From: Candidatus Thermosaccharophagus tengchongensis
GTDB taxonomy: Bacteria; Armatimonadota; Fervidibacteria; Fervidibacterales; Thermosaccharophagaceae
Length of the DNA: 64,000 nt
Assembly (NCBI GenBank): GCA_032161105.1
Contig: JAVHTD010000009.1
Reading direction: 5' to 3' (one strand)
Shown here: in pieces, positions 58,494-64,000 of the stretch
Layout of the letters: every line of letters starts with the position of its first letter
Numbering within the stretch: position 1 is the first letter of the stretch
The notes under the pieces: model-generated
Told to the model about the DNA's origin: nothing
The model's database searches: none
Seen by the model: only the letters and a program-made list of their open reading frames with translations
Position numbers and translations under genes: made by a program

Positions 58494-60653
58494 TCACTTT
58501 GCGATGTTCTCCTCGTGCTGCAGACCCGCATCAATCAAGTCAAGGTAATATTCAGCTGTCTTGCGCAGGCTGCAATATGGATAAGCCTCAATGAGCTTGA
58601 GGAGCTCTTGTTGTGCCCTTTCCTTATCGCCGGGATACGCTTGGTAGTAAAAGTTCAGGGCAAAGTAAAGCCAGACTGATGGTATGCCATCGTAATCTGG
58701 ATAGTTGCGCATCAGCTTGAGCGACTCCTCAATGTGCTTTTGCCTGTTGTAGTTCCCGCCCCAGATTGAGTAAAGCTGAGTGAGGTATAGCTGCACCGAA
58801 ACGCATTTATCGCTCTTTGGGTAGCGCTCCAGAAAAAGCCCGTAAGTTTCGGCAGCCTTCTCATACTGCTTCAGCGAGGTGTATACTGATGCAATTTGGA
58901 GCAAGATATCTTCGCATCTGTCATCATCCGGAAAGAGCTCCATGAACCTGCGCAATGCCTCTATCCTGCGCTCTGTATCTTTAAGCACATACCCGTAGAT
59001 GTATGCAATGCGCTGCATTGAGACAACCGCATAATATGTGTCAGTGAACTCATTCACGACGGCTTCGTATCGCCTTAGCGCTTCCTCAATGTTTTGGCGC
59101 TCCAGTTTGTATGCCTCCGAATACGCCTTTGCAGCCTCTTGCCTGCGCTTTCGCCTTTCAGGGTCTCTGTCAACATAGATTGCTTCAACTGAGCGCGGAA
59201 AGCGCTTGACCAACTCAGAATATGCCTCTTCGGCTTTTGCCGGCTCATTAAGCTGCATCCAGATATCGCCTATGGTTTTCAATACCGCCGAAAGCCCATC
59301 CCAGTCGGGATAAGCCCTGACAATCGCCTCATACTCCCTCAGCGCGGAGTTTGGATCCTTGAGCGCTTGATGATATAGCTGCGCTATCTTCAAGTGGACG
59401 GATGGGCAGTCATCCCTATCGGGATAGTCATTGATGTATCGCCTATACTCGGCAATCGCCCCGTCGTAGTCTTTCAGCGATGTCGCCAAGGTATCCGCAA
59501 TGCGCAGGCGAATACTTGGGCACCTGTCATCATCGGGATAAAGCGAGATGAACTTCCGCCACACTTCAATTGCCTTAGCGGCATCCTTCAACCTCTCCAT
59601 GTAAATGTTCCCGAGGTCAAACAGGGCATCTCTGGATGCATGCGCTTTCGGATATTTCCGGACAGCCTCCTCAAGCAACGCTATAGCTCTCTCAACACTT
59701 CCCCTGTTCAGCTCCTTCTGCGCCAACTTGTAAATTGCCGATGCAGCGAGCACCTCAAAATAACTTTTTGCGCGCTGCGTCCTCATAGCCTTCAATGCTG
59801 CTTCATACAGCCCAACAGCCTTTTGTGTGTCATCAAGCAATTCGGCAAGCAGCGTGTAGTTGTAATGATTTCTCGGTGAGCGCTTTATGCCCTCTTCAAG
59901 TAGCTGCAAGATGCGCGGGCGAAGCGATTCAAGCGCCCCTTCGTCACCGAATTTGTATTGCCCGGTATAGATGCGTTCAATCTCTTGATACAGCCTGCAC
60001 ATGTCGCTTGTGAGCGCCGCTTCAGACATGCATGCATCCATGCCGGCTTGCAGTATCTTCAGCGCATCATCATATCGTCTTCGTATCATGTAGAGGTGGG
60101 CAAGCTCATAGTAGGCTTGCACATTATCAGGGTTGGCATTTATCACCCCCACAAGATATGCCTCACTCTTTGATTCAAGCCTCGCCTCAACACTTGTAAC
60201 TTTGCCCTCCTCAACCTTCACCTCCTGCCGCCATGTCACAAAATCCTCTCGCTCCAAATGAAGCGTGTAAATGCCGGGCTCAATGTCGCGGAGCACAATT
60301 GGCGTCTTGCCCCTCAAGACGCCATTCAGGTAAACATTCGCTCCAGAGGGAATGGATGTGACAGAGATTGAGCCGAGCTGGCGCTGCTGCAAGCTGACTT
60401 TGACAAAGACATCCGATTCAAAAACTTCAACTGCGCCAACCCACAACTTATACCCGTGCTTGAGCAGCCTGAGCAAATGCTTGCCGTATGCCACTCCGTC
60501 AACGGTCAGAGGTGTTAACCCGGCATACTTCCCATCAAGGAATGCCATTGCGTTTTGCGGCTCGGAGTTGATGTGCAATTTCCCGACTTGCCCACACGCT
60601 GAGGCAAACCAAAATGAGGCAAGGAATGTCAAAGCAACTGCCCTGCGGACCAA
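58494..60653 (-). CDS. Exported PEGA-domain plus TPR-repeat protein
   Basis: Signal peptide, two PEGA repeats (SEP.NA..LDG..G.TP; SIPSGA.VYLNG..GKTP), many TPRs ending YPD.D.C. Confidence 0.85.
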   Translation of the reverse strand: MVRRAVALTFLASFWFASACGQVGKLHINSEPQNAMAFLDGKYAGLTPLTVDGVAYGKHLLRLLKHGYKLWVGAVEVFESDVFVKVSLQQRQLGSISVTSIPSGANVYLNGVLRGKTPIVLRDIEPGIYTLHLEREDFVTWRQEVKVEEGKVTSVEARLESKSEAYLVGVINANPDNVQAYYELAHLYMIRRRYDDALKILQAGMDACMSEAALTSDMCRLYQEIERIYTGQYKFGDEGALESLRPRILQLLEEGIKRSPRNHYNYTLLAELLDDTQKAVGLYEAALKAMRTQRAKSYFEVLAASAIYKLAQKELNRGSVERAIALLEEAVRKYPKAHASRDALFDLGNIYMERLKDAAKAIEVWRKFISLYPDDDRCPSIRLRIADTLATSLKDYDGAIAEYRRYINDYPDRDDCPSVHLKIAQLYHQALKDPNSALREYEAIVRAYPDWDGLSAVLKTIGDIWMQLNEPAKAEEAYSELVKRFPRSVEAIYVDRDPERRKRRQEAAKAYSEAYKLERQNIEEALRRYEAVVNEFTDTYYAVVSMQRIAYIYGYVLKDTERRIEALRRFMELFPDDDRCEDILLQIASVYTSLKQYEKAAETYGLFLERYPKSDKCVSVQLYLTQLYSIWGGNYNRQKHIEESLKLMRNYPDYDGIPSVWLYFALNFYYQAYPGDKERAQQELLKLIEAYPYCSLRKTAEYYLDLIDAGLQHEENIAK

Positions 60654-60697
60654 ATTGGCTCACCCTCCCCGAAGAGGCAATCAGGCATTGTGGATTT

Positions 60698-63550
60698 TTA
60701 TTTGGCACGCCCAACGCTGCTCGCCTTTGCGCTCACGGCAGTTTCAGCATCGTAAAATGTTCGCCTAACCGGTGCAACGATTGGGTGCGCCTCCTCCTTG
60801 CCGAGTATGCGCTCAGCACAAACCGTAAAGCGGGCCACCATGATCCCGTTATCCCTCGTCCAGATTGCGATGTGCTTGCCATCAATTGGCTGCGGGTCGT
60901 TGTATTCAAGGAGCAGCTTATCATCAACGAAGTAGCGCAACACACCGCCATGCTTCTCCACCCTGATGAGGAACCACTTGCGATGGATATCCTCGCCAAA
61001 CGGCTTATGCTCAACCTGCGCCACAACCTTTTCCTTGCGGACAATTGCCGACCTTGTCCCGCGCCATCCACCGAGCACAAATGTATAGCCGCTGGTCAAG
61101 TCACTGCCATCGGCACATATCGTGACATTCAAGTCCTGAGCGTAAGAGGCATAACTGCCGCGCTCACGAGCCATCTTGACAGCTACGGCAAACTCAACTG
61201 CCATATCACCATCGCAGAGATACTTGCTCCATACTACTGCGAGGTTTGAACCGAGTGACTTGCGCATGGCTTTTGCGCGCTCAATTTCATCGCGGCTATC
61301 CGACATCGCAGTGACCATGTTCCAAGAGATGCCGGAAAAGAATGACCACCTCGGATCGCATTGCCATCTTTGGCTCACTTCCCAGAGCCCATTTGATGAA
61401 CGCCAATTTGTTGGAGCACTGCGAAACATGTCGGTGATGCTGTTGGCGGCAAACAGCTCAACATCCTCACGCTGCACTGCATTCCCTGAGAACACAACGC
61501 CGAATTTGCTCCCACGCAACGGCTCCTTATCCTCGTAAGCGAGCAGTGGCTTTCCATCCAAATACGCTATGATGAATTTCCCAACCCGTCTCACCCTCAG
61601 GTAAGTTGGTGACGGCGTGTTCTCCAACTTGAGCTCTTTCACGAGTTCGCCATTGCGGAGCAGAGCAATGCGATCACTTGCAAAATGCAACCTATAGCCC
61701 GAATTGACATCCTGCTGTGATGCGGAGAGCACGAATGCGACTTCGCCATCGCTCAGATTAAGCCTTGAGCGCACCTCTAAGTCGCCCCAAAATCCAGCCC
61801 TGTGCCAAAGCGCCCTCATTCCACGCCCGCCTAATTGAGCATTACCTTCAACCCAATCACTCTGTGCTGCAGCCCAGTTGCCCATGCTATACTCATGCGC
61901 AAACACCTCATGCACTGTGCTGAATTGCTCAAACTGCCTTCCGCCAAGACGAATGCGCAAGCCGTGAAAGCGCGCCTTGCATGAGTCCGCATATAACCCG
62001 ATCATGCCGGATGTGATGGACGGATCAAAGGCTTGAATGAGCTGTTCACCGTTGACGGAGACAGTTAGCAGACCGTCATCGGATGAGGCGGATAGCCTGA
62101 ATGGCTTTGTAACATCCAACTTGATCGGCACGCTGGCGAGCGGTTTCTCCTCACCGGAATGGCGGCTGACCAATTCAACGACTGTTTTATCGCCGAACAC
62201 AACACGAGCCAAATGATGCGTCTGCTCATCATTGTAGTTGAGGCACAATCCAACAGAGGCACTGCCAGCTACGCCGCCATCAAGTGAGATGTATGCATCC
62301 ACGGAGCAATTTGATACGCTATCCCCAATAAGCGCCTTTGCATCGGATGCCGTTTCAACCCTGCACACCCTCCCGATGCCCTTTACGCTTACAAAGCTCC
62401 AACTTCCCTTCAAACAGCGCACGATGCCATCAAAGCTCCCGTCCTGAAAGTCAATGGCAAACTCGCTTGCATCTCTCACTTGCACATCATCAAAGTAAGC
62501 TCCGACTGCACTCGTGGTGTATAGACCGACCATGCCGCGATACAAACTCCCATCCCTCACCTCGCACACCTTATGCCCATCAATGTAAACCCTGATTGAA
62601 TTGAGCGACGCTTCAATGCGCACTTCATACCATTGCCCGGGAATAAAGCCGCCCTGAGCGTCAAACAAGGTGGTCAACTTGCCCATGTGCCGTTTGAGCA
62701 ATTGTCTTCTGCCCACAGACTTGCCATCGCTCCCAGTCCACCTGAAGAGGTAGTAGTTTTGGGGGTCAGTCCAGCATGCGATGAGCCCAATGGAACTCGC
62801 ATCCATGCACCTTACGGATGCTTGAATTGAGTAGTCGCTCCAGAACTCATATCCGGTAACCGATATTGCCGCGCCGCCTTTGCTCCTCGCAAAGTATGTA
62901 AAAGCATTTGCGCTGCGCAGAGGATTGTTTGATGCCCTCACTTTCCAATCGCCGGAGATGACATGCCAATCACTCCCCTCGTTTTCCAAGCGCATGAAAT
63001 CGTCCGAAAAGTAAACCTCACCAGCTGGCTGAAGTGAAACGGCAGTAACAGCCGCAGCCTTATCGTGGACGAGGTAACCAACATGACCGGCATGCATTCC
63101 GATGGCAAATTGCGAGAGCACAATTTTGCGCACACCGTTAACAAACACTTCCATCCACATGCGCCTTTGCCTGATCATAATGCCGATTGGCTTTCCCTTT
63201 GCTATTGTGGGCATGCTCGCGGATGCAAGCTCAACTTCAAGTCCCTCTTCAACCTTGCCCACATGTATGGATGAAGCACCCACCTTCACGAACGCATAGT
63301 TTCTCTCATCCTGATAGTTGGTGAGGACTTTGACAAGCTCGTTTGATGGTGACGCCACTTGCAACCTCATAGTGAGATCAAACTCGCTTATCGGCTGATC
63401 GCTCAAGAAGCGGCATGAGTTCACATCCAACTTTTGCTCACTCAACGGTGGGAATAAAGCCTCACCACAAACAGCATGCGCTATAAACCAACAGGACAGC
63501 GCAAGCGAGGTTAAAGTGGCTTTAAGCATCCGTCGCATGGCACTCCTCAC
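60698..63550 (-). CDS. Large secreted protein with repeated ConA/LamG-like (DUF1080-like) jelly-roll domains
   Basis: Signal peptide; about five repeats of 'D..NY...V.(I/V)(D/N)G.....D....G.(V/I)G' (e.g. IRVYIDG...GMVGLY...YFDDVQV). Confidence 0.6.
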   Translation of the reverse strand: MRSAMRRMLKATLTSLALSCWFIAHAVCGEALFPPLSEQKLDVNSCRFLSDQPISEFDLTMRLQVASPSNELVKVLTNYQDERNYAFVKVGASSIHVGKVEEGLEVELASASMPTIAKGKPIGIMIRQRRMWMEVFVNGVRKIVLSQFAIGMHAGHVGYLVHDKAAAVTAVSLQPAGEVYFSDDFMRLENEGSDWHVISGDWKVRASNNPLRSANAFTYFARSKGGAAISVTGYEFWSDYSIQASVRCMDASSIGLIACWTDPQNYYLFRWTGSDGKSVGRRQLLKRHMGKLTTLFDAQGGFIPGQWYEVRIEASLNSIRVYIDGHKVCEVRDGSLYRGMVGLYTTSAVGAYFDDVQVRDASEFAIDFQDGSFDGIVRCLKGSWSFVSVKGIGRVCRVETASDAKALIGDSVSNCSVDAYISLDGGVAGSASVGLCLNYNDEQTHHLARVVFGDKTVVELVSRHSGEEKPLASVPIKLDVTKPFRLSASSDDGLLTVSVNGEQLIQAFDPSITSGMIGLYADSCKARFHGLRIRLGGRQFEQFSTVHEVFAHEYSMGNWAAAQSDWVEGNAQLGGRGMRALWHRAGFWGDLEVRSRLNLSDGEVAFVLSASQQDVNSGYRLHFASDRIALLRNGELVKELKLENTPSPTYLRVRRVGKFIIAYLDGKPLLAYEDKEPLRGSKFGVVFSGNAVQREDVELFAANSITDMFRSAPTNWRSSNGLWEVSQRWQCDPRWSFFSGISWNMVTAMSDSRDEIERAKAMRKSLGSNLAVVWSKYLCDGDMAVEFAVAVKMARERGSYASYAQDLNVTICADGSDLTSGYTFVLGGWRGTRSAIVRKEKVVAQVEHKPFGEDIHRKWFLIRVEKHGGVLRYFVDDKLLLEYNDPQPIDGKHIAIWTRDNGIMVARFTVCAERILGKEEAHPIVAPVRRTFYDAETAVSAKASSVGRAK

Positions 63551-63901
63551 CTGCCAATCGCAAGCCGCCGTTCAATGGCAAACGATTCCACAGGCAGCTC
63601 AACAGTTGCCTTTCGTTCATCGCATGACTCCCGCTCAAGTTGAGAGCAACAGTGTCGGCTCACAAGCATTTGGGAGCAGTGACAAAGTTGGCGTTGAAGC
63701 AACACAATCGCAAGCCACCACTCATCATTTTATGGCGCGATGCTCAGCCATCACCACCAAAGCGTCGTTAAGTTAGATGGAATGCACAAAAGGGCGGTTG
63801 CCACTATTGAGCCACTCACAGCAATGTTGGCGATGCTCATGCCATCTTCAGTGCGAGCTTTCAAGACGGCATCAGTGGGGTCACGAGCCATTTAGTCAAA
63901 C

Positions 63902-64000
63902 TTAGTTGTGTTCCACCCACTCACGCCATCGGTTGGTGATGGGTAACCTGCGGTCTTTGCCGAAGGCGCGGTGGGTTATTTTCGGTCCGGGGGCAAATTG
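63902..64000 (-). CDS. nadE: NAD+ synthetase (glutamine-dependent type), C-terminal end only
   Basis: Manual translation [32 protein letters not shown] matches the conserved NadE C-terminus; enters from the window end. Confidence 0.8.
   Translation of the reverse strand, partial: QFAPGPKITHRAFGKDRRLPITNRWREWVEHN

Noticed and set aside
60614..61249. 211-aa plus-strand ORF, and other long antisense ORFs (e.g. 25212..25958, 31082..31834, 43302..44099)
   Set aside because: Shadow frames opposite well-supported genes.
63839..63872. Hairpin ATGCCATCTT/AAGACGGCAT downstream of nadE as a terminator
   Set aside because: Long loop and no U-tract; insufficient support.
1..64000. CRISPR array, tRNA, rRNA, parS site
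   Set aside because: No regularly spaced repeats, cloverleaf/T-loop signatures or TGTTTCACGTGAAACA-like palindrome were noticed in the intergenic regions.

Overview
A gene-dense 64-kb chromosomal segment from a diderm, probably thermophilic bacterium. An Armatimonadota-type lineage is inferred from the '[36 protein letters not shown]' prepilin-like protein, and thermophily from ttuBA. Housekeeping genes include uvrA, tsaE/tsaB, parB, ispE, rpmE-DUF1385-prfA, rsmA, a pseudouridine synthase, pncA and the 3' end of nadE. A cobalamin riboswitch heads a unit encoding an H-X9-DG prepilin-like protein, BtuF, CobU, CobT and CobS. It is followed directly by a complete CODH/acetyl-CoA synthase cluster (small ORF, acsD, cooS, acsB, acsC, acsE, DUF3786, cooC, acsV, cooC). 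Envelope and carbohydrate genes include an LptD-like protein, a beta-barrel, GT4s, a GT-C-like protein, a GH129-like enzyme and a jelly-roll repeat protein paired with a PEGA/TPR protein. The two most unusual items are (i) a ~1.5-kb island at 56.0-57.5 kb, where a Doc toxin sits between two paralogues of an unrecognised His/Cys domain, one bearing an antitoxin-like tail, followed by a frameshifted XRE gene, and (ii) the B12-riboswitch-controlled pseudopilin. No CRISPR array, tRNA, rRNA or transposase was seen. All family calls come from motif recognition by eye; no searches were run.
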